Shown here: positions 10,084 through 20,031 of the stretch, piece after piece
Layout: each line of letters begins with the position of its first letter
Numbering within the stretch: the stretch's first letter is position 1
Assembly: GCA_009693905.1 (NCBI GenBank)
Contig: SHWG01000002.1
Location: 1 to 41,116 of the forward strand
Reading direction: 5' to 3'
Length of the DNA stretch: 41,116 bases
Source: Rhodospirillales bacterium
GTDB taxonomy: Bacteria > Pseudomonadota > Alphaproteobacteria > Rhodospirillales > 2-12-FULL-67-15
The notes under the pieces: model-generated
What the model was told of the DNA's origin: nothing
Seen by the model: only the letters and a program-made list of their open reading frames with translations
The model's database searches: none
Position numbers and translations under genes: made by a program

Positions 10084-11941
10084 CTACGCCCACGATGGCC
10101 GCGGCCACACTTTCGATCGGGCGCGGGCGCGCGGGAGAATCGTCATGCGAATGCATGCCTGACGGCATGACGTGCGAAGGCGCGCCTAACGGCGTGACGC
10201 GCGCGCTGTCTGTCGCGCCCCTACCGGGGCGCGGTGCCGGCATCGGCGGATTCTCGATGGCGTCGTCGGGCGCGAGGCCGACGAGCGGCCCGAGCCGCTC
10301 GACGATGCGGCGCACCACGGGCGCGGCGATCCAGCCGCCGGTGGCGAGGCCGTGGGTCGAGGCGTTGCCCTTGGGTTCGTCGATCATGGCGAGCACGACG
10401 AAGCGGGGCTCGTGGATCGGGAACGCGCCGACAAAAGACGCTATGCGCGCGTCCCGGCGATAAACGCGACCCATCTGCTTGTCGGCGGTGCCGGTTTTGC
10501 CTCCGACCGTGTAGCCCTTGGCGTCGGCGTTCTTGCCGGTGCCGTGGACGACGGCGAGGCGCATGAGCTCGCGCATGGCGCGCGAGGTTTCGGCGCCGAT
10601 CGCGGCGGTGCCTTCGGGCACATGGCCGGGTTCGCGCTTCAAGATCGTGGCCGGGCGAAGCTGGCCGCCGTTGACGATCGCGGCGACGCCGGCGGCGAGT
10701 TGCAACGGGCTGACGGCGAGGCCGTGACCGTAGGCAATGGTCATGGTGTTGATCTCGCGCCAGCGCGCGGGCGCGAGCGGCGCGCCGGTTTCGGGCAGTT
10801 CGACCGGTGGGACCTTGAGCATCCCGAAGCCGTCGAGATATTCCCGCTGCAACCGCGTGCCGACATCGAGCGCCATCTTCGCCGCGCCGATATTGGAGGA
10901 AAAGGCCAGGATTTCGGGCACCGACAACCAGCGGTTCTTGCCCTTGTAGTCGGTGATGGTGAAACGGGCGATCTGGATCGGGCGGCTGGCGTCGTAGCCG
11001 TCGCGCAAGCCCACCGTTCCGGAATCGAGCGCCATGGCGACGGTGAACAGCTTGAAGGTCGAGGCCATTTCGTAGACGCCCTTGGTGACGCGGTTGAACG
11101 CGGATTCGGTTCCGGCGACGGCGGAAGAGTCGTTGGCGTCGAAGTCGGGCAACGAAACCATCGCCAGCACCTCGAAGGTCTGGACGTCGAACACGACCCC
11201 GGCGGCGCCGATGGCGCGGAACTCCTTCATCTGGAGGGCGAGCTCCTCGCGCAGGATATCCTGGATGCGAACGTCGAGCGAAAGCGCGAGCGCGCCTGAG
11301 CCTTCGGCGAGGCGGGCGTCGAACATCCGTTCCACTCCGGCGATGCCGCGCCCGTCCACGTCGGTGAGGCCGAGCACGTGCGCCGCCGCGCGTCCCTGCG
11401 GATAGACGCGGCGCTCGGCAACCTGGAACTCGAGGCCGGGAATGCCGAGGCGGTTGGCTTCGTACTTCTGGCGCGGGGTCAAATTGCGCTTGATCCAGAC
11501 GAAGCGGGCGCGGGAAGCGAGCTTGGCCTCGATCTGCTCCCGGTCGAGATCGGGAAACACCAGGGCGAGCTTGGCGGCGGCCTCGGCCGCGTCCAGAACC
11601 TCGCGCGGGTTGGCGTAAAGCGAAACGACCGGCAGGCTGGTGGCCAGCAGCACGCCGTTGCGATCGACGATCTCGGCGCGCGCGGTCGCCGCGTGGGGAG
11701 GCGTCGAGCGGGCGATGCGCGGCTCGCCGCCCTTGAGGACGGCGACGTCAACCAGGCGCACGGCGACGGCGACGAAAGCGAAGGCGATCACCGCGCCCGC
11801 CACCAAAAGACGATTGCGGCCGGTTTCGAGGGCCTGCAAGCCCTGGCCCTCGAAGGCAAAGGTCCGGCTGGCGGCCGCGGCAATAATGCCGGGGACAGGC
11901 GTTTCGTTTCCTCGGTTCCTAAACCACGCACGGCGGATCAC
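10061..11941 (-). CDS. ftsI: Division transpeptidase FtsI (PBP3), C-terminal tail encoded by a repeat
   Basis: ASTFK, SSN and KTGT penicillin-binding motifs, with an N-terminal TM helix. Start chosen at GTG 11941, which forms a GTGA overlap with the ftsL stop. The track's longer ORF (to 12106) would overlap ftsL by 168 nt. Confidence 0.88.
   Translation of the reverse strand: MIRRAWFRNRGNETPVPGIIAAAASRTFAFEGQGLQALETGRNRLLVAGAVIAFAFVAVAVRLVDVAVLKGGEPRIARSTPPHAATARAEIVDRNGVLLATSLPVVSLYANPREVLDAAEAAAKLALVFPDLDREQIEAKLASRARFVWIKRNLTPRQKYEANRLGIPGLEFQVAERRVYPQGRAAAHVLGLTDVDGRGIAGVERMFDARLAEGSGALALSLDVRIQDILREELALQMKEFRAIGAAGVVFDVQTFEVLAMVSLPDFDANDSSAVAGTESAFNRVTKGVYEMASTFKLFTVAMALDSGTVGLRDGYDASRPIQIARFTITDYKGKNRWLSVPEILAFSSNIGAAKMALDVGTRLQREYLDGFGMLKVPPVELPETGAPLAPARWREINTMTIAYGHGLAVSPLQLAAGVAAIVNGGQLRPATILKREPGHVPEGTAAIGAETSRAMRELMRLAVVHGTGKNADAKGYTVGGKTGTADKQMGRVYRRDARIASFVGAFPIHEPRFVVLAMIDEPKGNASTHGLATGGWIAAPVVRRIVERLGPLVGLAPDDAIENPPMPAPRPGRGATDSARVTPLGAPSHVMPSGMHSHDDSPARPRPIESVAAAIVGVGGGVASH
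10140..10231 (-). repeat. Composite mini-element (GRGA head plus duplicated HSHD module) forming the ftsI 3' tail
   Basis: TCGTCATGCGAATGCATGCCTGACGGCATGACGTGCGAAGGCGCGCCTAACGGCGTGACGCG followed by ...GTCGCGCCCCTACCGGGGCG. Encodes PGRGATDSARVTPLGAPSHVMPSGMHSHDDS. Confidence 0.85.
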
Positions 11942-12288
11942 GGCTTTTCCTCCTCGGGCGCAAGGCGTGATTGTGCGCTCGGCGCGCGCAAGTCCGCCGT
12001 GGGCAACGCCGGCAGCGTTCCGAACTGGGCGCCGGTGGCGGACGTCATGCCGAGGTGGCGCCCGGCGAGATCGCGCAGGCGCGCGGGTTCGTTGAGATAG
12101 CTCCATTCCGCCCGCAGCACGTGGATCGCCTGCTGGTCGCGGGCGATGCCGCGGTTGATTTCGGTCAGCCGGCCTTCATGCTCGACCACGCGATGCTTGA
12201 CGACGTAGAGACCGAGGCTGAGCGCGCCGGCGAGCGCGACCGAGAGCGCGGTCGCGGCGCCGCGGAGCGCGATTCCGTGCCGCCTCAT
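11938..12288 (-). CDS. ftsL: Cell-division protein FtsL (small bitopic protein)
   Basis: Internal ATG 12288 (ATGA overlap with the rsmH stop). 116 aa, one TM helix (ALSVALAGALSLGLYVV). Canonical position between rsmH and ftsI. Confidence 0.8.
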   Translation of the reverse strand: MRRHGIALRGAATALSVALAGALSLGLYVVKHRVVEHEGRLTEINRGIARDQQAIHVLRAEWSYLNEPARLRDLAGRHLGMTSATGAQFGTLPALPTADLRAPSAQSRLAPEEEKP

Positions 12289-13349
12289 GCCGCTCTCCGT
12301 CGGCGGGCTTGCGCGCGTCGCGCCGGAAGGCGCGCCATCAAATAATGCCGGCTTCGCCGGTGGGCGCACGACTTCGCGTCGTTCCACGGGGGCGCATCGG
12401 TGCGTTCGGCCGCGCGCAAGCGGGCCGAACGCGCGCGCGGATTGGCGGCGACCTCGGCCTCCGACGGACGCTGGATCCCGGCCATGAGCCTGAAGGTCGG
12501 CGGGCGCGCGGGCCCCTGGGGAACCGGGCTGTGGCGCGACGGCCCCGGAACGCGCCCGGAGCGTTCGGCAAGAAACGTCTTTACGATCCGGTCTTCGAGG
12601 GAATGGAAGGAAACGACGGCCAACCGTCCGCCCGCCTTGAGCAGGGTTTCGGCGGCGGCGAGGCCGCGCTCGATCTCGCCCAACTCGTCGTTGACGTAAA
12701 CGCGCAGCGCCTGAAACGTGCGGGTCGCCGGGTCGATGCCGTCGCGCGCGCGCGGCACGACCCGGCGCACGATCTCGGCCAATTCAAAGGTACGCTTAAG
12801 CGGCGCCACGGCGCGCGCCGCGACGATGGCCCGCGCGATGCGTCCGGCCAGGCGTTCCTCGCCGAAGCGGCGAATGATGTCGGCGAGTTCCGCCTCGGGC
12901 AGGCGGTTGACGGCATCGGCGGCGGTGGCTTGGGTGGAATCGGCGGCGTTCATGCGCATATCGAGCGGTCCGTCGGCGCGAAACGAAAATCCCCGCTCCG
13001 GATCGTCGAGGTGCCGCGACGAAACGCCGAGATCGAAGGCGATGCCGTCCACACGCTTCACGCCTACGCCGGTTAAAAGGCCGACCATGCCGCCGAAGCG
13101 ACCGGAGACGAGGGTGAGGCGGCCTTTGAACCGGCGGGCGAGCGGCGCACCCGCGGCCAAGGCTTCGGGATCGCGATCGATGCCGAAAATCTTTGTCCGC
13201 GACCGGGCTTCGAGGAGCGCGGTGGCGTAACCGCCGCCGCCGAAGGTCGCATCGACGTAGATCGCGCCGGCCTTGGGCGCGAGTCCCGCAAGCACTTCGG
13301 CAAGCATCACCGGGACGTGGCGGGGCGGGGCGGAGCTGGGCGCGGTCAT
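12285..13349 (-). CDS. rsmH: 16S rRNA (cytosine1402-N4)-methyltransferase RsmH/MraW
   Basis: HVPVMLAEVL, DATFGGGGY and DLGVSS motifs. Start at ATG 13349 preferred over ATG 13430 (a 27-aa non-homologous extension); the start is uncertain. Confidence 0.9.
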   Translation of the reverse strand: MTAPSSAPPRHVPVMLAEVLAGLAPKAGAIYVDATFGGGGYATALLEARSRTKIFGIDRDPEALAAGAPLARRFKGRLTLVSGRFGGMVGLLTGVGVKRVDGIAFDLGVSSRHLDDPERGFSFRADGPLDMRMNAADSTQATAADAVNRLPEAELADIIRRFGEERLAGRIARAIVAARAVAPLKRTFELAEIVRRVVPRARDGIDPATRTFQALRVYVNDELGEIERGLAAAETLLKAGGRLAVVSFHSLEDRIVKTFLAERSGRVPGPSRHSPVPQGPARPPTFRLMAGIQRPSEAEVAANPRARSARLRAAERTDAPPWNDAKSCAHRRSRHYLMARLPARRAQARRRRAA

Positions 13350-13516
13350 TGCGAGTATCCGTTTTGCCGCCAAGGGGTCTGTCCCGATCCCGCGCGATCC
13401 CCCGTTGCGGCGGATGTTGTGGAATATCATGGGACTACAAGGTTCGGCGGCGACCGCAACAATATGGGAGCAGCAAAGTAAACAAAGTCTTAGGGAAGAT
13501 GATTAAGGAAGCATGG

Positions 13517-13548
13517 ACCCCGGCTCTCCGCTTCGCTTCGGCCGGGGT
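13517..13548 (-). terminator. Hairpin downstream of rnpB, upstream of rsmH (candidate rnpB terminator or REP-like hairpin)
   Basis: 8-bp stem ACCCCGGC/GCCGGGGT around a 16-nt loop. On the minus strand it is followed by a moderately T-rich stretch (CCATGCTTCCTTAATCATCTTCC), with no clean U-tract. Confidence 0.3.
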
Positions 13549-13595
13549 GACGATCGGGGGGGTATTTTTGAACCCCGGCACTAGTTCGAATAAAT

Positions 13596-13990
<395 letters not shown>

Positions 13991-14008
13991 GAAAGGGAAG
14001 GTATGCCG

Positions 14009-14698
14009 CTAAGCGACGAGGCGCAACAGCGCCTTGATCCGGCCCGCGGTTTCGGCGCAGGCGACGCCATCGCGGCGGGTGGCGTGGAAGTGGCGCTGAA
14101 ACGCCAAGATCGCGGCCTGGGGCTCGGCCGTGTCGTAACCGTACTCGCCGAGCATCGCGACAACCTCGGACTCGGGCGCCGCGACGGGCTCGACCTTGTT
14201 CGGCCAGAGCCCGATGCCGCGTTGGCTGAGCCTTGGCCAGTCGAACAACTCGCCCGGATCCTGCTTGCGCGCCGGCGCGACGTCGGAATGGCCGACCACG
14301 TTGCGCGCCGGGATCGGATGCCGCGCGACGATATCCTGGCCGAGTTCGAGCAACGCCTGCATCTGCGCCTCGGGGAACGAGCGGTAGCCGAACTCGTGGC
14401 CGGGGTTGACCAGCTCGATCCCGAGCGAGCGCCCATTGACGTCGCGCTCGCCCCGCCAGAACGACACGCCGGCGTGCCAGGCGCGGCGATCTTCGGCCAC
14501 CAGCGCGTAGGTCGTGCCGTCTTCGTCGATCAGATAATGGGCGCTGACCTTGGCGGCGGGATCGCACAAGCGGTCCAGGGCATCCGTGCAGGTCCTGAGG
14601 CCGGTGTAATGCAGGACCAGCATGTCCGCCGCACCGTTCGTGGGCCGGGCGTCGTGATTGGGAGAGGGACGGGAAACGGCCGAGGAAACGCGCGTCAC
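14009..14698 (-). CDS. ampD: N-acetylmuramoyl-L-alanine amidase, AmpD/amidase_2 type
   Basis: PSPNHDARP...MLVLHYTG...AWHAGVSFWRG...GHSDVAPARKQDPG, with a C-terminal peptidoglycan-binding-like repeat. GTG 14698 forms a GTGA overlap with the upstream gene's stop. The rest of track ORF 14009..16441 is read-through. Confidence 0.85.
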   Translation of the reverse strand: MTRVSSAVSRPSPNHDARPTNGAADMLVLHYTGLRTCTDALDRLCDPAAKVSAHYLIDEDGTTYALVAEDRRAWHAGVSFWRGERDVNGRSLGIELVNPGHEFGYRSFPEAQMQALLELGQDIVARHPIPARNVVGHSDVAPARKQDPGELFDWPRLSQRGIGLWPNKVEPVAAPESEVVAMLGEYGYDTAEPQAAILAFQRHFHATRRDGVACAETAGRIKALLRLVA

Positions 14699-15582
14699 GA
14701 GCCTTCGCCCGCGCGCGGCGGCGCGGGCCGCCAATCCGAAAGACCGGGGGCGGCGGGCGATTCTGTATTTTGCCCGCCTAGCGGCGGGACCGCGCCCCCG
14801 ACCAAGCCCCGCGGCCGGTCGACCGGCGGGCTCGGCGCCAGGCGCCCAACGATCGGGAGCTTGAGCGCGAAATCGAGAGGGTCGATGCCGAAAACAAGAC
14901 CGAGAATATTGACCTCGACCCCCTCCTCCACGCCGGCGAGAACGCCGAGGAGCCCGAAGAGCGAGACCTGCATGCCGGTGCCCGACGGCGCGGACGCGAG
15001 CACGCCGCCGTTCGGGAGATAGTCCTTGCCGATGGCGGTCGGCGGCAAATCGAGGCGAAGCTCCGGCACCTCGCGCGCGACGTGGGCGACGAAGGTGTTG
15101 CTGTTGGGCCCCGGCCACAGGCCGTAATCGCCGTTGTGGGGATAGCCCCTGGCCGCCGTGTCGATCTTGGCGATCACCGCGTCCACGCCCGGTCCGCGCA
15201 AATCCACGAGCAGTTCCGGCGTCGCGCCGAACCAGCGCTGGTCGGCGGGCCGCTTGTCGATCACCAGGCCTTCGCCGCCGCGCGCCACGCGCCAGCCAAT
15301 GAGTTGATAGACGGTGAAGCTGTCCGCGTCCGTCGGCTTGACCGCGATCCAGGTGTGCACGCCGAACGCGCCGCGCCAGCCGTAGGCGCGCGCGGCATAG
15401 ACCTGGGCCACCGCTTCGCGCACGATCCCGGGGTCGGGGGCGATGCCGGCGGACTCGCGGTTGGCCGTGCGCCAATCGGCGCCGACCGTGCGCGAAACCG
15501 CGACCACGGCGACCGCGATCAGGCCCACGGCGACAATCCAGGTTCCGATGGTTGCCATAAGCCGAACTTTCCCACGCTTCAT
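14695..15582 (-). CDS. Membrane-anchored DUF3750-like protein
   Basis: 295 aa with an N-terminal TM helix (IGTWIVAVGLIAVAVVAV). The GYPHNGDYGLWPGPNSNTF motif is recalled as typical of DUF3750. Family assignment is from memory, not searched. Confidence 0.6.
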   Translation of the reverse strand: MKRGKVRLMATIGTWIVAVGLIAVAVVAVSRTVGADWRTANRESAGIAPDPGIVREAVAQVYAARAYGWRGAFGVHTWIAVKPTDADSFTVYQLIGWRVARGGEGLVIDKRPADQRWFGATPELLVDLRGPGVDAVIAKIDTAARGYPHNGDYGLWPGPNSNTFVAHVAREVPELRLDLPPTAIGKDYLPNGGVLASAPSGTGMQVSLFGLLGVLAGVEEGVEVNILGLVFGIDPLDFALKLPIVGRLAPSPPVDRPRGLVGGAVPPLGGQNTESPAAPGLSDWRPAPPRAGEGS

Positions 15583-15705
15583 GACGCGATTCTCGTCCGC
15601 TCTCCGCCCGCCGGCGAAGCCGGCTTGACATTTTGCGCGCGAAGCGCGCGGGGGGGGGAACCCCTTTAAGGTAGCCGAGAGAGGGGCGAGTGCAAGGGGG
15701 TGTTT

Positions 15706-16597
15706 TCAGCGGCTCCCCCGGCGGGCGAGTTCGATTCCCGCAAGCACGATCAGCCCGCCCAGAATCTGCGTCCAGGACAACGGCTCGGCGAGCAGCGCCC
15801 AGGCGAGCAAGGCGGATACCGCCGGCGCGAACAAAAGAACGACCGAGCCGAACGCCGCCGGGAGTTGCGCCAGGCCATAGGCGACCAGCCCTTGCCCGGC
15901 GACGTGGGAGACGAGCGCGAGCCCGATCAAGAGCGCAAGTCCATTGGCCGTTTGCGGGATTACATTTTCGCCCGAAATCCAGACGACCGGGATCAGCGCG
16001 AGCGCCATCGGCGCGGTGGTCCAGAGCATGATCGTCGCGGTCGAAAACCGCGGCCGCAGTCTTCCCACGATCAAGATGTAACCGGCGTAAAAAAGGGCCG
16101 CGAGCAAGCCGAGCGCGTCGCCGCCGAGTTGCCGCGCCGAGAGATTCAAGCTCTCGCCCATCAGCACGCCCGCGCCTGCGAGCGCGGTCGCCAGGCCGGC
16201 CAAGAACACGGCCTTGGGCCGCTCGCGGAACAGCATCCACGCGCCGAGGGTGACGAAGATGGCCATGAAGTTCAACAGCAGCGCCGCGTTGGCGACCGAG
16301 GTGGTGACGATCGACCAATGAAAGGCGGCGAGATCGCCGGCGAAGCAAAGTCCGGCGAGAATCAATTTGGCGATGTCGCCCCTTTCGGCCGGGCGAAGGA
16401 CTTCGGGATGGCGGCGGCGCTCGAGAACGCACCACAGCCACAGCACCGGAACCGCGAGAAACGCGCGATGAAAGGCGGTCGCGGTCGGCGCGAGCTCGGA
16501 GACGCGCACGAAGATCGGCGCGAACCCGATCCCGACCGCGCCGAGCAGCAGCGCCGGCAGCGCCAACCGCGCCAGGCGTCCGGCGCCCGGGTTCCCC

Positions 16598-16608
<11 letters not shown>
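15706..16608 (-). CDS. EamA/DMT-family transporter
   Basis: 300 aa with ~10 predicted TM segments and two EamA-like halves. The TTG start overlaps livF by 11 nt, so the start is uncertain. Confidence 0.8.
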
Positions 16609-17288
<680 letters not shown>

Positions 17289-17302
<14 letters not shown>

Positions 17303-18101
17303 GTTTGTATCCCTGTCCCAGATAGGCGCGGATCACTTCGGGATCGCGCTGCACCGCCTCGGGCGGACCCTCGGCGATGATGACGCCGTTGTTGAGCACC
17401 ACCACCGTATCCGAGATCGACATGACCAGGCGCATGTCGTGCTCGACCAGCAGAATCGTCACGCCGCGCTCGCGGATGCGCCCGACCGTGCGCATGAATT
17501 CCTCGGTCTCGGACGGATTGAGGCCGGCGGCCGGTTCGTCGAGCAGCAACAGCTTCGGATCGGCGGCAAGCGCGATGGCGATGCCGAGCCGCCGTTGCTC
17601 GCCATAGGCGAGGTTGCCGGCGAGCTCGCCCGAGCGCGCGCCGAGCCCGACGAAATCGAGAATCTCGCGGGCGTGCCCGGCCAGCGCCTGCTCCTCGGCG
17701 TCCACGCGGGCCGAGCGCAGCAACGCACGCCAGGTTTCCGTTCGCCCGCGCAAGTGCGACCCGATCAAGACGTTCTCGAAGACGGTGCAGCCGCCGAAAA
17801 TGCTGGTGCGCTGGAAGGTGCGCACGACCCCGAGGCCGGCGATCTTGTCCGCCGCCAGCCGGGTCAGGTCGTGGCCGCGGTAGAGGACATGGCCCGCCGT
17901 CGGCTTGAGAAAACCGGTGATGACGTTGAAGGCGGTGGTCTTGCCCGCGCCGTTCGGGCCGATCAGGCTCAAGATGCGCCCTTCGGGCACGCGGAAATTC
18001 AGGTCCGCGATCGCCACCAGCCCGCTGAAATGGACGGCCACATTGGCAACCTCGAGCAGCGCCCCCGGCGGCGAAAGCCGCCCAGACGAATGACCGGTCA
18101 T
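17289..18101 (-). CDS. livG: Branched-chain amino-acid ABC transporter ATPase LivG
   Basis: Internal ATG 18101 of ORF 17289..19316 (ATGA overlap with the livM stop). GPNGAGKTTAFN Walker A; LAYGEQRRL; LLLLDEPAAG. Confidence 0.9.
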
Positions 18102-19123
18102 GGCGCACGCGCCTCCGGTTCCGGCTTCGCGCCGGGACCGCGGCGGGCGGCGAAGCGGGCGGCGAGCGCGGGCACGATCCCCTGGGGCAGGAAGAACACG
18201 ATCGCGATCATGGCGATGCCGTAGAGGATCCATTGGACCTCGGGGCTCGCGACCTCGCGCAAAAGTTCGGGTAATGCTCCGAAGATGAACCCGCCCACCA
18301 CTGGCCCGGCCAGCGTGCCCTTGCCGCCGGTGACGACCATGATGACCATCGTCACCGTGTAGATGAACAAGAACACGTCCGGATCGACGATCCGGATGTA
18401 ATGGGTGTAGAGCGCGCCGGCCATGCCGGCCATTCCCGCCGAAACCACCGTCGCCACCACCAGATAGCGGGTCACGTCCACGCCGACCGAGAGCGCGAGC
18501 GGCTCGTTCTCGCGCAACGCGATCATCGCCCGCCCGACCCGGGAGCGGACGATCCGCTGCACCAGAAGATAGGAGAGAACCGCAAGCACGAGGACGAGGT
18601 AATAGTTGTATTCCTTCTTGAAAAACCCGACCACGCCTTCGCCCGGAATCCAGAGCGAGAGCGGCGGAATGTTGTTGAGCGCCATCGGCCCTTCGGTCAG
18701 GTCGACCCAGTTGAGCGCGATCATGCGCATCACCTGGGCGAAGCTGATGGTGACGATGACGAAATAGGCGCCGCGCACCCGGAAGGCGAGCTTGCCGATC
18801 AGAAGGCCGAAGCCGCCCGCGACCAAGATCGCGGCGAAAAATCCGACCCACACCGGCTGGCGGGGGAATACGAACCGCGCCGAGCCGAACTCGAGATCGA
18901 AGCCGAGCGTCGAGAGCGCGGCCACATAGGCGCCGATCCCGAAGAACGCGACGTGGCCGAGGCTGAGCTGCCCGGTGAAGCCGAGCAGCAGATTGAGGCT
19001 GATCGCGGCGATGATGAAAATACCGGCCGAGGTCAGAATATAGAGAAAGTACTGGTTGCCGATCCACAGCGGCACCGAGGCGAGAAAGGCGACGAACAGC
19101 CAAGGATATATCCTTGCGCTCAT
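18098..19123 (-). CDS. livM: Branched-chain amino-acid ABC permease LivM
   Basis: 341 aa polytopic protein with LSLGHVAFFGIGAY typical of LivM. Confidence 0.88.
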   Translation of the reverse strand: MSARIYPWLFVAFLASVPLWIGNQYFLYILTSAGIFIIAAISLNLLLGFTGQLSLGHVAFFGIGAYVAALSTLGFDLEFGSARFVFPRQPVWVGFFAAILVAGGFGLLIGKLAFRVRGAYFVIVTISFAQVMRMIALNWVDLTEGPMALNNIPPLSLWIPGEGVVGFFKKEYNYYLVLVLAVLSYLLVQRIVRSRVGRAMIALRENEPLALSVGVDVTRYLVVATVVSAGMAGMAGALYTHYIRIVDPDVFLFIYTVTMVIMVVTGGKGTLAGPVVGGFIFGALPELLREVASPEVQWILYGIAMIAIVFFLPQGIVPALAARFAARRGPGAKPEPEARAP

Positions 19124-19992
19124 CCGATCCGTTCCTTGGCCGCGAACAGCCCCTGGGGCTTGAACGCCAGCACCACGATGATGAGGAGAAAGCCCATGGC
19201 GTCGCGATAGCCCGACGAAATGTATCCGGCGCCGAATTCCTCGACGATGCCGAGCACGAACCCGCCGATGGTCGCGCCGACGATGTTGCCGAGCCCGCCG
19301 AGAATGACGATGGCAAAGGCCTTGAGCGCGACCAGATCGCCCATGGTGGGCGTGACGACGAAGATCGGACCCAAGAGCGCGCCGGCGATGGCGGCGAGGC
19401 CGGAGCCGAGCCCGAACGTCAGCGTGCGCATGAGCGGGATATTGACGCCCATCAGGGCGGCGACGTCGGGGTCCTGGAACGAGGCGCGCATCGCCACTCC
19501 GATCCGGGTGCGGTTGATGAGCAGATAAAATCCGATCAGCAGGGCGATGGCGACGATAATCACGAAGATCCGGATCGGCGCGACCGAAACCGGCCCGAAC
19601 ACCAGCGGCAGGTTGGGAAAGGGATGGTTGATGGACTTGGCGACGCCGCTGAACGCCAATTGCCAGAAATTCTGGAGCGCGATCCCGGCGCCGATCATCA
19701 CCAGCATGACCGTGTCGATGTCCGCGCCGCGCAGTCGCCGGAGCAGCACGAATTCGATCAGCGCCCCGAGCGCGACCCCCAGCGCCGCGGCGAGAACGAG
19801 GGAAAGAAAGAAATTCACCTGGAGCACCTGCACCAGCAGATACGCCATGTAGGCGCCGAAGGCATAAAGCTCGCCGTGGGTGAAATTGACGACGCGCATG
19901 ATGCCGAAAATCAGCGTCAGCCCGATCCCGAGCAGGGCATAGGTGCCGCCCAGGATGGTTCCGTTCACGATGTGCTGGAGAAACTGGTCCAT
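19120..19992 (-). CDS. livH: Branched-chain amino-acid ABC permease LivH
   Basis: 290 aa polytopic protein. MDQFLQHIVNGTILGGTYALLGIGLTLIFGIMRVVNFTHGE is typical of LivH. Confidence 0.9.
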   Translation of the reverse strand: MDQFLQHIVNGTILGGTYALLGIGLTLIFGIMRVVNFTHGELYAFGAYMAYLLVQVLQVNFFLSLVLAAALGVALGALIEFVLLRRLRGADIDTVMLVMIGAGIALQNFWQLAFSGVAKSINHPFPNLPLVFGPVSVAPIRIFVIIVAIALLIGFYLLINRTRIGVAMRASFQDPDVAALMGVNIPLMRTLTFGLGSGLAAIAGALLGPIFVVTPTMGDLVALKAFAIVILGGLGNIVGATIGGFVLGIVEEFGAGYISSGYRDAMGFLLIIVVLAFKPQGLFAAKERIG

Positions 19993-20031
19993 CGCGCCCC
20001 CTTAGCCCTGGATCAAGCCCTAAAGCGAATT

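Noticed and set aside
15583-15705. TTGACA-like hexamer and CGCGCG-AAG-CGCGCG hairpin between the EamA gene and the DUF3750-like gene, as promoter or terminator
   Set aside because: The TTGACA is on the plus strand, where no gene follows. The hairpin has no U-tract on the coding (minus) strand. The evidence is insufficient for a call.
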